Source: Burkholderiaceae bacterium (GTDB taxonomy: Bacteria; Pseudomonadota; Gammaproteobacteria; Burkholderiales; Burkholderiaceae_C). Taken from it: a stretch of DNA of 64,000 nt. Below the pieces are notes generated by a model. That model saw nothing but the letters and a program-made list of their open reading frames with translations. It searched no databases and was not told where the DNA came from. Each line of letters begins with the position of its first letter. Position 1 is the stretch's first letter. Made by a program: the position numbers and the translations under genes. Where the stretch lies: positions 25,262 to 89,261 of the forward strand of contig JAFALA010000082.1 in assembly GCA_019234815.1 (NCBI GenBank), read 5' to 3'. Of the stretch, positions 34,946 to 45,831 are shown in pieces.

Positions 34946-35167
34946 TCATCCGCCCTCCTGGCTTGGCTCGCCGGGCGCAATCTGAGCCCTTTTTTGCTCG
35001 ATCAGCCACGCAAGCAACTCCGTGCCAGTGGCAAAATCTGCACTGTTGCCGCTGACCACATGCTCGATGCGGCCCATCAGTTGCCCAAGTTCCGGGCGCG
35101 AGTCTCGATGCAGCCGGAGAACATAGCTGCCGGCGGCTGGAAAGATAGGTGTCGGATTGAGTGTCAT
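34946..35167 (-). CDS. Hypothetical 73-aa protein upstream of the RND operon
   Basis: ORF only. Same strand as and 160 nt upstream of the MFP gene; divergent from the wHTH-AAA-TPR regulator. Confidence 0.4.
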   Translation of the reverse strand: MTLNPTPIFPAAGSYVLRLHRDSRPELGQLMGRIEHVVSGNSADFATGTELLAWLIEQKRAQIAPGEPSQEGG

Positions 35168-35254
35168 GGCGCTCAGTGTCGAGATTCGACAGCTTCAAGT
35201 CGTCTTCATTCAGTCTCAATTCGGTACTGATCACTCTGCGATACATTGCTCGAC

Positions 35255-38128
35255 ATGGATGAAAAAAAGCCCCTGAAGGCACGTTTTGGTAGTTTTCTGC
35301 TTGACGAGGCTGAAGCGCTGCTGATGAACAATGGCGTTGCCGTGGAAATGCCCCCCAGGGCGTTCCAGGTCTTGTGCGAATTGGTCCGGCGGGCAGGTCA
35401 ATTGGTGACCAAAGACGCTTTGCTGGATGCCGTTTGGGGCCATCGACATATCAATGAAGCTGCGCTCAAGAACATCGTCAGCCAGCTGCGCAACTCGCTG
35501 GGCGACGACGCGCGCGAATCCAAACTCATCCAGACCGTCTCACGACATGGCTATCGGTTCATCGCAGAGGTGAACCCCGGCGTTGCGCCGTCAGCGGCCT
35601 CGCCCGCCTTCTCGGCCTTGACGCCACCCGATTCAATGGATTCAGGTCCGCTGGTCGGACGCAAGGCTGCGCTGGATCAGCTGCAAGCTATCTTGGCCGC
35701 CACTCATGCGGGCAGGCGGCAGATTGTTTTCATTGCCGGGGAAGCTGGGATCGGGAAAAGCACATTGGTTGAGTGCCTGATCAAGAGCGCGCATATTCCG
35801 CTTGCCTACGGGCAGTGTATTGAGCACTACGGTGGTGCAGAACCGTACATGCCGATCCTGGAGGCCTTGAATGGCATGTGTCGGGCAGATGACGGGGGCG
35901 AGATTGTCGACCTGTTGCGCCGGGTTGCACCCAGTTGGTGGCACCAGCTCCCTTGGTTATTGGACGACGAAAGCAAGCATGCGGCAGTCCAGGAGTTGGC
36001 CAACACCACGCAAGAACGGATGCTCAGAGAATTCGGCGAATTGATCGACCGAGTGACGGCCTCACGTCCATTACTCCTGATCCTGGAAGATCTGCACTGG
36101 AGTGATCACGCAACCATTCAACTCCTGGCCTATTTGTCGCGTCGCCGTACCAATTCAGCCCTGCTGCTGGTCTGTACTTTCCGAGCAACTGACTTGATCC
36201 TGCAGGATCATCCGCTAGGGGCACTTCGCCAGGAGCTCAGGCTACGCACACAATGTGTCGACATGGAGCTGGAGTACCTCTCCGAAGCCGATATCGGTGA
36301 AATTTTGATCAAGAAGATGGGCGCACCGGCACCGGAAAGCTTCGTCAGGCACCTGCATACGCAGACCATGGGATTGCCGCTTTTCGTCACGGCTGTCCTG
36401 GAGGAGTTGATCAAATCGGGTCAACTGGCTTGGTCCGGTCAGGCTTGGAAGCTTCCCGAACCGGAAATCGCAGTGCCAAGCAGTATCGCCGCCGTCATTG
36501 ATGGGCAATTGCGTCGCCTGACGACAGAACAGCAGCGCCTGCTTGGTGCCGCCAGCATCTGCGGCATTGATTTTCTGCACCTTCCTCTGGCCGAGGTCCT
36601 ACAGCTTGACGCCACCGACGTCGGCTCCCAACTCGAACACGCGTCCGCGACCTTGTCTTGGTTGCGCTGCGCCGGCACCAAGCCCATGCCCAACGGGCAG
36701 GTGGCCGCTCTTTTCCGCTATGGACATGCCCTCTACCGGAAAGTACTGTATGAACGTACCTCCGCCTTGCAGCGGGTCCACTGGCATCGGCAATGGGCAC
36801 AGGCGCTCCAACATGCCTATCCCGGCTCCGGCAGCGAATTGGCGGCCGAGCTTGCGCTGCACTTTGAACGAGGAGATTGCCCGGCCGAGGCTGCCGCGCA
36901 ATTGGCCTTGGTGGCCTCACGCGCGATGGCTTGCGGCGCGCCGCAAGAAGCCTTGCTGGCTGCTCGGCATGGCCTCAAGCTGGGCGCAGGACTTATCGGC
37001 CTAGATCTTGAGCTTGAACTCAGGGTGCTGGAAGCCGTGGCCTTGACTCGACAATTCACTATCACTGATCCTGAGGTCATCGCCGCCTTCGAGCGCGCCA
37101 AAAAGTTGGGGGCTCATGGCTCGCCTGTTTGGAATCGAGTCCTGCAAGGCTGCTGGTGGATCAAGTTTGCCCAGGCGGACTACCCTGGCGCCCGCGAATT
37201 GGCAAGGGAAATGCTGGATCAATCAGATAGGGATGAGATACCCGTGCTGCGGCTGACCGGCTTGATCGCCATGGGGCTTGTTCAAATGGTGACTGGACAA
37301 CTGAGCGACGCCCGGAGTCATCTCGAAACTGCACTCAAACTGTATGCGGATGTGTGCAACAAGCTGCCTGCGACATCATTTGTCCAGGACCCCGGGGCCG
37401 AAGCTGCTGAAGCGCTGGCTCTCGTTTACTGGCTGTCAGGCGATCCAGCGAGAGCACGTCAGAATGTCACGCGCGCCATTGAGTTGGCCAAGACCAATCG
37501 GCACCCGATCAGTGTCGCAACGGCACTGTATGGGGCAGCCATCCTCCACGCGCTAGCTGGCGAGTTCGAGGAAGTTCATACCTTGACGGAAGAATTGTAT
37601 GCCGTCATCCGAGACCATTCGCTCCCAGAACGACGCAGCGGTTTCGCCTGGCTGCATGGTCAAGCGCTCGTCGCACTTGGAAAGACTGAGGAAGGGCTTT
37701 CAGAAATGCGTGCAGCCGCTCAATCCGCACAGGACATGGGCATGCGCGTAGGGCTCTGCGCCTTCCATCTTCACTATGCACTTGCATGTAAAAGTGCCGG
37801 CAAACCGGCCGAGGCGCGCGCAACGATTGATCAAGGTTTGAAACTTGTTGCAGAGGTCGGCGAAGAAATGATGCTGCCGGCACTATTGACCCTGAAGGCC
37901 GAAGATGAACTTGAACAGGGCCGGGTCGAGGAGGCCCAAGGCGTACTGCAAGAGGCCGTGACGCATGCGCGAAGGCAAGGGGCCGTATTTCTTGAAATCC
38001 AGGCTTTGGCGCTGGCAAGGCAACATCGATTGAACTTGTGTGAAGAAGACCGCCTGCCCCAGCTGCTTGCACTGTATGCGGATGACTGTTCCCCGGTGAT
38101 TCGCGCTATTGGAGCGAGCCTGGCCTGA
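35255..38128 (+). CDS. Winged-helix (OmpR/PhoB-type DNA-binding, no receiver) plus AAA/P-loop NTPase plus TPR-like large regulator
   Basis: ATG 35255. N-terminal FGSFLLDEAE..PRAFQVLCELVRRAGQLVTKDALLDAVWG...SRHGYRF (trans_reg_C). P-loop FIAGEAGIGKSTLVE. Walker B LLILEDLHWSD. Helical-repeat C-terminal half. Confidence 0.85.
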   Translation: MDEKKPLKARFGSFLLDEAEALLMNNGVAVEMPPRAFQVLCELVRRAGQLVTKDALLDAVWGHRHINEAALKNIVSQLRNSLGDDARESKLIQTVSRHGYRFIAEVNPGVAPSAASPAFSALTPPDSMDSGPLVGRKAALDQLQAILAATHAGRRQIVFIAGEAGIGKSTLVECLIKSAHIPLAYGQCIEHYGGAEPYMPILEALNGMCRADDGGEIVDLLRRVAPSWWHQLPWLLDDESKHAAVQELANTTQERMLREFGELIDRVTASRPLLLILEDLHWSDHATIQLLAYLSRRRTNSALLLVCTFRATDLILQDHPLGALRQELRLRTQCVDMELEYLSEADIGEILIKKMGAPAPESFVRHLHTQTMGLPLFVTAVLEELIKSGQLAWSGQAWKLPEPEIAVPSSIAAVIDGQLRRLTTEQQRLLGAASICGIDFLHLPLAEVLQLDATDVGSQLEHASATLSWLRCAGTKPMPNGQVAALFRYGHALYRKVLYERTSALQRVHWHRQWAQALQHAYPGSGSELAAELALHFERGDCPAEAAAQLALVASRAMACGAPQEALLAARHGLKLGAGLIGLDLELELRVLEAVALTRQFTITDPEVIAAFERAKKLGAHGSPVWNRVLQGCWWIKFAQADYPGARELAREMLDQSDRDEIPVLRLTGLIAMGLVQMVTGQLSDARSHLETALKLYADVCNKLPATSFVQDPGAEAAEALALVYWLSGDPARARQNVTRAIELAKTNRHPISVATALYGAAILHALAGEFEEVHTLTEELYAVIRDHSLPERRSGFAWLHGQALVALGKTEEGLSEMRAAAQSAQDMGMRVGLCAFHLHYALACKSAGKPAEARATIDQGLKLVAEVGEEMMLPALLTLKAEDELEQGRVEEAQGVLQEAVTHARRQGAVFLEIQALALARQHRLNLCEEDRLPQLLALYADDCSPVIRAIGASLA

Positions 38129-38284
38129 ACAACTTCGGCCCCCTCAACCCAAGGCCCTTGCCACGATGGCGTCCGGCTCCAAATAGTTTGACAATCTGAT
38201 TCAAATGGTTGATCCGATTTCAAATCAGGCGATCGCAAAAGCTCGGCGCCCTGGATGAACTTTCTCTCGTAACGGGAGTAGATT

Positions 38285-40183
38285 TTGACCAAGATATTTG
38301 GATCGCTGAAATTCCGACTGGCTGCGGCCAGTGCCTTGCTCATTTGCCTGAGCGTGGCGATGACTGTAGCCCTCGCAGTACTGGAAGTACAAAACCGCAC
38401 GGAACAAACGATTATCGACACCAACCTCGGGGTCGCCCAAACCGCCGCCGTGCTTGCCACCGGAGTGACTGAACGTCAGAAAGCCTTGATTGCCGCGGCG
38501 ACGGACTGGAACCAATCCCCCCCGAATTCGAACGACAGAGCCGGAACATTTCTTTCCCGACAAAGTGTATTGAAACTACTCTTTAACAAAGTAGAAATCA
38601 AGGAGTCCACAGGCATACCAGCCGCTGGCCGGGGAAATGCGCAGACTGTGTCAAGTCCGCTTCGCAATTTGCCGGGGTTGGACGCTTCAGAAATTGCCCT
38701 CGTCGCGCCACTCCATTCAAGCTCAGGGTCGAATCTAGTACTCACAGGCATTTTGCAGTTGAGGAAAAATAACTTTCTTTCTTCCACTGCAATTGCGGCC
38801 TTGCTGGACGACACCCACATACGGACCATTGTCTCCGATCAGCAAGGCTACATTCTGGCGCATGCCAATGACCAACAGGTATTGACACTGGTTGGTGACA
38901 CCCCTGATCTGGCCGCGGCTGTTGCACGTTGGCGTGCAAAGGGGAGCCCCCTGACATCCACCCCGTATACGGCACGCTACGGGCAGTATTTTGTAGCGAT
39001 GGTGGCGGTTCCTGGAACAGACTGGATGGTGTTTCGCACCGGCGACGCCGAAGCACTATTCAGTGAGACGGGTAGAGCCATTTCAAGGACCATGCTGATG
39101 GGACTTGCTGTTGGCCTGGCCGGTGCATGCGCGATTTTCATCCTCACCGCCCTTCTGCTTCAACCCATGACGAGGCTGCGCCTGCGCATATTGAAGGCCC
39201 TGGACACGTCCCAGCCAGCACACCTGGATTGGCCGGAAACTGGCGGTGAAGTCGGTGAACTCTCGAGGGTCCTCAAGCATGTGACAGAGCAATTGGCCGC
39301 CAGTCGAACGAAAATTGAAAGCTCGCTGAATCAAATCCGAGCCATCCTCACACACGCTCCGGTCGGGATTGGGTTTACCTGCGGCCCTCAATTTGAGCTT
39401 GCGAGTCTTCAGCTGGAACTCCTTTTGGGTTATCGCGCAGGAGAACTGACAGGGCCATGGGAAAGATTGCTCGCAGACGAGTCTCAGCGAGATTCTTTGC
39501 GGGTGGCCACAGCCGCTGCATTCTTGGAAAGCAAGACCTTCGAAGTCGAAGTGCCTTTGAAACGACGAGATGGATCCGTAATTTGGGTGCGGTTGCACGG
39601 TGCCGAGATACAAAAAAATCCTCAACGAGTGATTTGGATCGTATCCGACGCGACCAAAGATCGCCTGCAGCGCGAGGACCTGATCTGGACGTCAACCCGA
39701 GACCCTTTAACGGAACTGATCAACCGTCGGGAATTTGAACGTCTGCTGGGTGACTTGCTGAGCGACCGGCGTCGCCATTCAGCGGCATGCGCATTGTTCA
39801 TTGATCTGGACAATTTCAAACAGGTCAACGACGGTGCGGGCCACGCCGCAGGCGATCAAATTCTCAAGATCGTCGCTACAGCACTGCAGGGAAAAGTTCG
39901 AGCACTGGACGCAGTTGCAAGACTGGGAGGCGATGAATTTGCCGTTTTGCTACGCGACTGCGACCTGGGCCGTGCCGCTCAGATTGCGGAGTCGATGCGT
40001 CAAAATATCGAGACAGCTGGCGTGTGCGAAACTGATCCGTCACTGCGTGTGACGACCAGCATAGGCGTCGTTGAAATCCTGGCCGAGCTGCATTCCCTCG
40101 CTGATGTCCTGCAAGCGGCTGATCGCGCCTGCTACGCGGCAAAACACGCCGGCCGCAATACCGTGCGCACGGCAACTGCTTGA
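38285..40183 (+). CDS. Membrane sensor diguanylate cyclase (Cache-like periplasmic domain, PAS, GGDEF with I-site)
   Basis: TTG start 38285 (GGGAG RBS). Two TM segments flank a ~270-aa periplasmic region. [18 protein letters not shown] has RxxD five residues before an intact GGDEF. Confidence 0.85.
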   Translation: MTKIFGSLKFRLAAASALLICLSVAMTVALAVLEVQNRTEQTIIDTNLGVAQTAAVLATGVTERQKALIAAATDWNQSPPNSNDRAGTFLSRQSVLKLLFNKVEIKESTGIPAAGRGNAQTVSSPLRNLPGLDASEIALVAPLHSSSGSNLVLTGILQLRKNNFLSSTAIAALLDDTHIRTIVSDQQGYILAHANDQQVLTLVGDTPDLAAAVARWRAKGSPLTSTPYTARYGQYFVAMVAVPGTDWMVFRTGDAEALFSETGRAISRTMLMGLAVGLAGACAIFILTALLLQPMTRLRLRILKALDTSQPAHLDWPETGGEVGELSRVLKHVTEQLAASRTKIESSLNQIRAILTHAPVGIGFTCGPQFELASLQLELLLGYRAGELTGPWERLLADESQRDSLRVATAAAFLESKTFEVEVPLKRRDGSVIWVRLHGAEIQKNPQRVIWIVSDATKDRLQREDLIWTSTRDPLTELINRREFERLLGDLLSDRRRHSAACALFIDLDNFKQVNDGAGHAAGDQILKIVATALQGKVRALDAVARLGGDEFAVLLRDCDLGRAAQIAESMRQNIETAGVCETDPSLRVTTSIGVVEILAELHSLADVLQAADRACYAAKHAGRNTVRTATA

Positions 40184-40189
40184 ACGCGA

Positions 40190-42340
40190 TCAGCTTGCAT
40201 TTTCCTTCACCGGAACACCAGAGGTTTCAGCCATGGCACTCATCTGAGCCAGGGGCATTGGGGCACCGGTCAAATAGCCTTGAAGAAGTCGGCATCCGCA
40301 TGCCACCAGACGCTCACGCTGAAGTTCAGTCTCTACGCCTTCCGCGATCACCGACAGTCCAAGAATTTGGCAAAGATCGATCAGGCCCCGAACAATCGTT
40401 TCGTCTCTTTCGTTGTGCTCCAGTTCAACAATAAAGCTCCTGTCGATTTTCAGCTGGTCAATTGGCAGCTGCCGGAGATACGCAATGGACGAATATCCTG
40501 TCCCGAAATCATCAAGGGAAATTCCAACACCCATTCGCTTCAGCTCTGAAAGCTTGCAGGAAAGGTCATCCAGATCCAATGCCAGAACGCTTTCCGTCAA
40601 CTCAAGTTTCAAGCAGTGAGGATCGACGCCCGCATCCGAGATGGCCTTGGTCACGTCTGCAACAAAATCAGGCGATCGAAATTCGGTGGCACTGATATTG
40701 ATGGCCAGCGTCAGGTTTTCCGTTTCCTTCTGACGACGCCATTGAGCCAGTGAAGCGCAAGCCTCTTTCAGGACCCATCGACCGATCTCTATGACAAATC
40801 CGCTTTGCTCCGCCAATGGGATGAAGTCCGCGGGAGATACCAATCCCCTCGTCGGATGTCTCCAGCGCAGCAGCGCCTCCGCACCGACGACATGGTCGTT
40901 GACGCTCACCTGAGGCTGATACATCAACATGAGCTCTTTGCGCGGAAGAGCCAGCCGCAAGTCGTTGAGAAGCGAGGCCTTTCGAATGACCTCGCGCCCC
41001 AGTTTGGCGTCGTAAAACCGATAGGTATCACGCGACTCCGATTTTGCCTGGTGCATGGCAAGATCGGCCCTCGCAATCAGTTCCTCAGCGGTGTGCTCGC
41101 TTGGACCAAACACCAGTGCCCCAAGACTGGCACTCGTCCGGTAATCATGCCCCTGCAATCCAAATCCGCGCTGACTCAAATTCAAGAGCCGTTGGCACCA
41201 TTCTGCGGCGCTCTTCAAGGCATGCTCATAGTCGTTTCCAAGACCTTCGATCACAAAGGCGAATTCGTCGCCGCCTAGCCTGGCCGCCATCCCATGCTCA
41301 TTGACACATCTCGAAAACCGAGTGGCAATTGCGCACAACAGATCATCTCCCGCAGCATGTCCAAGCGTGCTGTTGATGCTGTTGAACTGATCGATGTCCG
41401 CAAAAATCAGGACTGCGTGATCGCGAGACTTCAATTGACGCGCCCGCACATCGGCCAACTGATCCATCAGCTGTTTTCGATTCGGCAATCCCGTCAAGGT
41501 ATCAAAGAAAGCCAGTCGCTCAATCCTCGCCTGCGCCTCCTGGTCTTCGCTGATGTCTCGAATCAAGCCGACATACATCGGACGCCCTCTGCGCTGGATA
41601 GCGGACAGGGACAACTGGATCGGAAATATCCGTCCGGACTTGTGCTGCGCATGTGTCGTGCGGCCCACGCCTACAACCCGCGCCTTGCCTGTGGACTCGA
41701 ATCGCGACATATACCGGCCATGATGAGAACGGTCCGGCTCAGGCATCAGCATGGATACATTGCTGCCGATCGCTTCGTCTGCCGTGTAGCCGAATATATT
41801 CGTGGCCGATTTGTTGAAAGTCTGTATGCATCCGTCTGAATCTACAACGATGATGCCTTCAAGCACATTGTCCAAAACGGACTGGGTATGCTGCGACAAC
41901 TCAGCAAGCTGATCCTTGCGCTTGTGCAGTTCGATTTGTGCATTGATTCGATCCGTCACATCGATATAACTGGCCCGAATCAATCGACGAAGAGGATCAT
42001 GCAGATGCTCCAGACGTAGCTCACAGCAACGTTCTCGGCCCTTTGCCGTTCTCAAGCAAATTTCATGAAAGACGCTCTGCCCAGCCAACACCTGCAAAGC
42101 AATGGCATCAAGACGGATCTTCGTGGTGGCCAATGTTTCGAATTCTTCGCCGTGAAATTCCTCTGGACCCAATTGGAGCAACTCTTCGGTTGAGCACTCA
42201 AAGAGTTCAGCGGCCGCAGGATTCGCTGCCACGAATCGACCTGCGTCGAAATCGTAGACCAGCAACGCATCAGGCGCGTGATCGAACAGAAAGCCTTCGA
42301 ACACCACATCGGCATCGAAGCCCGGAGCTGGCGAGTTCAT
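40190..42340 (-). CDS. PAS-PAS-GGDEF-EAL c-di-GMP turnover protein
   Basis: [14 protein letters not shown] (GGDEF intact, no RxxD I-site). [16 protein letters not shown] and DDFGTGYSS (EAL motifs intact). Confidence 0.9.
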   Translation of the reverse strand: MNSPAPGFDADVVFEGFLFDHAPDALLVYDFDAGRFVAANPAAAELFECSTEELLQLGPEEFHGEEFETLATTKIRLDAIALQVLAGQSVFHEICLRTAKGRERCCELRLEHLHDPLRRLIRASYIDVTDRINAQIELHKRKDQLAELSQHTQSVLDNVLEGIIVVDSDGCIQTFNKSATNIFGYTADEAIGSNVSMLMPEPDRSHHGRYMSRFESTGKARVVGVGRTTHAQHKSGRIFPIQLSLSAIQRRGRPMYVGLIRDISEDQEAQARIERLAFFDTLTGLPNRKQLMDQLADVRARQLKSRDHAVLIFADIDQFNSINSTLGHAAGDDLLCAIATRFSRCVNEHGMAARLGGDEFAFVIEGLGNDYEHALKSAAEWCQRLLNLSQRGFGLQGHDYRTSASLGALVFGPSEHTAEELIARADLAMHQAKSESRDTYRFYDAKLGREVIRKASLLNDLRLALPRKELMLMYQPQVSVNDHVVGAEALLRWRHPTRGLVSPADFIPLAEQSGFVIEIGRWVLKEACASLAQWRRQKETENLTLAINISATEFRSPDFVADVTKAISDAGVDPHCLKLELTESVLALDLDDLSCKLSELKRMGVGISLDDFGTGYSSIAYLRQLPIDQLKIDRSFIVELEHNERDETIVRGLIDLCQILGLSVIAEGVETELQRERLVACGCRLLQGYLTGAPMPLAQMSAMAETSGVPVKENAS

Positions 42341-43890
42341 GAGTGCGTCCGAAACAACTTGACAGATTGAGAAAGCGTACCTGCTTGATGAGACAGCGTG
42401 TCCGCAGAGTTCGAAAGTTGCTGCACGAGAACGGTGTTCTTGTGAGTGAGATCATCAAGGGAATCGACGGCAAGCGTGATTTCAGATATGGCCTGGAGCT
42501 GCTCCTTGCTTGACCTGTGCACGTCGTCAACCAAGGACCGCAATTGCGTCGCGGCGGCCGCCGTATCACTGATTGCAGCGGCAGCACCTACAACCTCGGT
42601 CACGCCAGCAGACACTCGGTCCTGTGCGTTTTGGCTGAGCTGCTTGATCTCCCTAGAAGCTTCCGTGGTTCGGTTTGCAAGGGCACGAACCTCGGCAGCC
42701 ACGACAGCAAAACCGCGCCCCTGAGAGCCCGCTCTCGCCGCCTCGACAGCGGCATTGAGCGCCAAGATATTGGTCTGGAACGAGATCGTATCGATCAACT
42801 GCGTAATACTTGAAATGCGCTCGGAGGAATCGCTGATTTCCTGCATCGTTGCCCGCATTTGATCAATGCTCGCGTTGCTGCGCTTGGCCACAGCCAGCGT
42901 CTTCTCCGCCAAATCAGCGCCTTGCTCAGCTGAATGCACGTTCTGCCGAACGGCTTCTGTCAGTTGCTTGAGCGCCGCCGCAGATTGCTCCAGGCCGGCG
43001 GCCTGCGTATCCGTTGCGGCAGCCAACGATTCTTTACCCGCCGCAACGGTTGCGATGACTCGCTCCAAAGAGGTCACCTCGCCTCGGGTGTCGCCAACCA
43101 TTGCATGCAGATTCACACGCAACTGCCTCAGGGCCCCCTGCAGTTGCCGAACCATGGGACTACCGCCCTCGCCCAGCGATGCGGCCAGATCGCCTGCGGC
43201 GATGCTACGAGCAAAATTCACCGAGGCTTGCAATGGAATCTCCAACAAGCGCTGCTGCAGTCGAGCCGCGATCCACGCCACGAGTAGCGCTGCGACCACA
43301 CCCACGGTCAAGCCTCCAGCAGCCGTTGCCGACGCCGAAACCAGCGCCACGGAAAGGCTCGGCAGTGCCGTCAGCGCTCCTTCGCGAGCCACGGATAAAA
43401 ATCGCGCGGTTGCTCCCCAAAACCCGGTCCTGATCACCTGACCCTGGGAAATCTTCTGGCCCAAAGCAGTGCCTCGCAACTCCGCAGATCGAAAGCTTGC
43501 ATACAGCGCTTCAGCTTGCTTTTGCTGAAGCCGGTCTGGGGCCGTCCGAATCGACAGAAAACCTTCGATCTTGCCGTTCGACATCAGCGGCGTGACGTTG
43601 GCCTGCACCCAGTAATGGTCACCATCTTTTCTGCGATTTTTGACAAGCATTGACCAGGATCGGCCTTGCTTGATCGTGGCCCACAGGTCTGCGAATGCAG
43701 CCTTCGGCATGTCCGGATGACGAATGATGTTGTGAGGCTGGCCAATCAATTCCTCGCGACTGAATCCACTTGCCTCAACAAAAGCACCATTGCAATGCGT
43801 AATGATTCCATTGATGTCCGTCGTAGACATCAACGTGGAGTTGGGCGGTATCCGATGCTCACGCCCAGTGACGGGTTCATTGTTTCTCAT
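42337..43890 (-). CDS. aer: Aer-like PAS-containing methyl-accepting chemotaxis protein
   Basis: ATG 43890 (AGGA RBS). [84 protein letters not shown] is nearly collinear with the E. coli Aer PAS domain as recalled. C-terminal MCP signalling domain ([32 protein letters not shown]). Confidence 0.9.
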   Translation of the reverse strand: MRNNEPVTGREHRIPPNSTLMSTTDINGIITHCNGAFVEASGFSREELIGQPHNIIRHPDMPKAAFADLWATIKQGRSWSMLVKNRRKDGDHYWVQANVTPLMSNGKIEGFLSIRTAPDRLQQKQAEALYASFRSAELRGTALGQKISQGQVIRTGFWGATARFLSVAREGALTALPSLSVALVSASATAAGGLTVGVVAALLVAWIAARLQQRLLEIPLQASVNFARSIAAGDLAASLGEGGSPMVRQLQGALRQLRVNLHAMVGDTRGEVTSLERVIATVAAGKESLAAATDTQAAGLEQSAAALKQLTEAVRQNVHSAEQGADLAEKTLAVAKRSNASIDQMRATMQEISDSSERISSITQLIDTISFQTNILALNAAVEAARAGSQGRGFAVVAAEVRALANRTTEASREIKQLSQNAQDRVSAGVTEVVGAAAAISDTAAAATQLRSLVDDVHRSSKEQLQAISEITLAVDSLDDLTHKNTVLVQQLSNSADTLSHQAGTLSQSVKLFRTHS

Positions 43891-44360
43891 CACTGATCCT
43901 TCGTTTCGTATCGATCTCGTTGAACTGCTGGTGCTCCGGCTCTGGAAAGCTCTAGCGTTGCCATGCGCGAATGAAACAATGTCGATAGGCCGAATCAGGC
44001 CGCAAATTCACTGCTATTTCACGGATCGGAAAGCATCACCGTGTGATAAGTATCGAGGCGTGCACCCAGCAAGTCGTCTCGTTGAGGTACTGAACCAGTA
44101 CTGAGTCGCAGGCCACGGCAAAAACAGGAGTCACCCCGCTCCTGTCATATCTGATTCCCGGCTTCGCGCGAGCATCGGCTGGACCTTGGGCACGTCGTTG
44201 GGTGCACTCCTGGCCGCGCTGAGTCTGAGGGCATTCTTCTCATTGAACGAACTCACCCTGTCTCACCACCTCGATACTGCTTCGGTACTTTGACGAGACT
44301 ACATCTCATCAAAAAGTACAGACACTCCCACTCGTACCAATCCTCTTCGAAGTGTGAGTA

Positions 44361-44828
44361 ATGAAGAAGAAGTATCAGCCTCGACCGAAAGTCAATCCGA
44401 TCGCGTTGATCAATGCGACGACGCAACCTTTTGCATCCCTGACTTCACATGTTCAAAAAATACGCAACCAACATTGGACAGCGTTTGAAAAGGTTCGATC
44501 GGGAAAGCTTGACGTTCATTCGCTTGTGATTCTTGTCAACACGATGAACATGGTGATCGCGCTGCTGGCTCTTTACAAAGTCGGGCAAGACAAGCTCTTT
44601 GAGATTGGCGACTTTTGTCAAGTCGTTCGACTGGCCTTCAATCAAGCCCTGAATGGCCAACCGGTGTCGTTCTCAAGTGACGATTTGGTCGCCATTGAAA
44701 GTGGATTGAATGTTCACCACTCCCATTTTCAAAGCATCTCCGTCTTCCATATTCGGAAAGCCAGGGAATTTATCGCGCGGCACTCCAAGCCATCACAACC
44801 GCTTGAGTTGGTTTTGCAACCGACCTAG
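44361..44828 (+). CDS. Hypothetical 155-aa protein
   Basis: ORF only; AT-richer than the surroundings. 47 nt upstream of lpxL. Confidence 0.45.
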   Translation: MKKKYQPRPKVNPIALINATTQPFASLTSHVQKIRNQHWTAFEKVRSGKLDVHSLVILVNTMNMVIALLALYKVGQDKLFEIGDFCQVVRLAFNQALNGQPVSFSSDDLVAIESGLNVHHSHFQSISVFHIRKAREFIARHSKPSQPLELVLQPT

Positions 44829-44875
44829 AATGGACAAGTTCGGCCAAACCACTGTTCTTTAGGCTCACATCAGCA

Positions 44876-45784
44876 ATGAAGATTCGAATATTTATTTTTA
44901 TTCTATGGTGCCTGAGCTGGCTGCCATTTCGAGTCTGCTCATTCCTGGGCCGGATACTCGGCGCGGTGCTCTACCATTTGCTAGGGCGTCGTCGTCGAAT
45001 TGGCGAAATCAACTTGCGCTTGTGCTTTCCAAACCTAAGTGAAGCCGAGCGAACACGCCTGCTGAAAGAAAACTTTGTGGCGATGTCGCAGATGATTCTT
45101 GAGTACGGCTATTGCTGGTTTACTTCCGAACAGAGGTTCAGGAAGATCGTACAGGTGACCGGACTGGAGCATCTGAAAAATGCACAGGGACGGCCCGTGA
45201 TCCTGCAGATGCCGCACTTCACCGGCCTGGACCTGGCTGGATTGAGGCTTTCGCTAGAAACCCCGGTGGTCAGCATATACGCCAAACAAAAAGACCCCTG
45301 GCTCGATAATTTTTTCAGAAGCAAGCGCCTTAGATTCAAATCTGGAGAGGTTTTCTCACGCCAAGCCGGTATTCGCCAGAGTATCAAGGCAATGAAAAAA
45401 GGCATGAGCCTATATTACCTGCCCGATCAAGATCATGGGCCTCTTGATTCTGTATTTGTAAATTTCTTTGGAATCCCCGCATCCACGCTCACGGGCCCCT
45501 CAAGGCTGGCCTCGATGATGGACGCGGTCGTGCTCCCATGCTACCCCCGACGCACACGAAATGGCTACGTTGTTGTCATCGAGCCCCCAATGCCCGACTT
45601 CCCCTCGGGCAACTTGCAAACCGATGCTCGACATATGAATGCGGTGATCGAACGTCAGGTGATGAAAATACCACACCAGTATTTCTGGTTGCATAAGCGT
45701 TTCAAGACAAGGCCTCAAGGCGAGTCAGATGTCTACGCCAAGCCTGTTCCGATCACGGGAAAAACGGTTGGTACGGCATCTTGA
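44876..45784 (+). CDS. lpxL: Lipid A biosynthesis late (lauroyl/myristoyl) acyltransferase, LpxL/HtrB/MsbB family
   Basis: N-terminal TM anchor. GEINLRLCFPNLSEAERTRLLKENF. HFTGLD is the HX4D-type acyltransferase motif region. YLPDQD. Confidence 0.85.
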   Translation: MKIRIFIFILWCLSWLPFRVCSFLGRILGAVLYHLLGRRRRIGEINLRLCFPNLSEAERTRLLKENFVAMSQMILEYGYCWFTSEQRFRKIVQVTGLEHLKNAQGRPVILQMPHFTGLDLAGLRLSLETPVVSIYAKQKDPWLDNFFRSKRLRFKSGEVFSRQAGIRQSIKAMKKGMSLYYLPDQDHGPLDSVFVNFFGIPASTLTGPSRLASMMDAVVLPCYPRRTRNGYVVVIEPPMPDFPSGNLQTDARHMNAVIERQVMKIPHQYFWLHKRFKTRPQGESDVYAKPVPITGKTVGTAS

Positions 45785-45831
45785 ATATTCACCAAATCAA
45801 ATTTTCCTGCATTGCCTGAGAAAAGCTCATC

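Noticed and set aside
44105-44293. Roughly 63 stop-free codons (...SIGWTLGTSLGALLAALSLRAFFSLNE...) in the aer / 155-aa-ORF spacer, resembling a C-terminal membrane-protein fragment.
   Set aside because: No usable start codon, and it lies directly after an in-frame stop of a shadow ORF. Too short to distinguish a gene remnant from chance.
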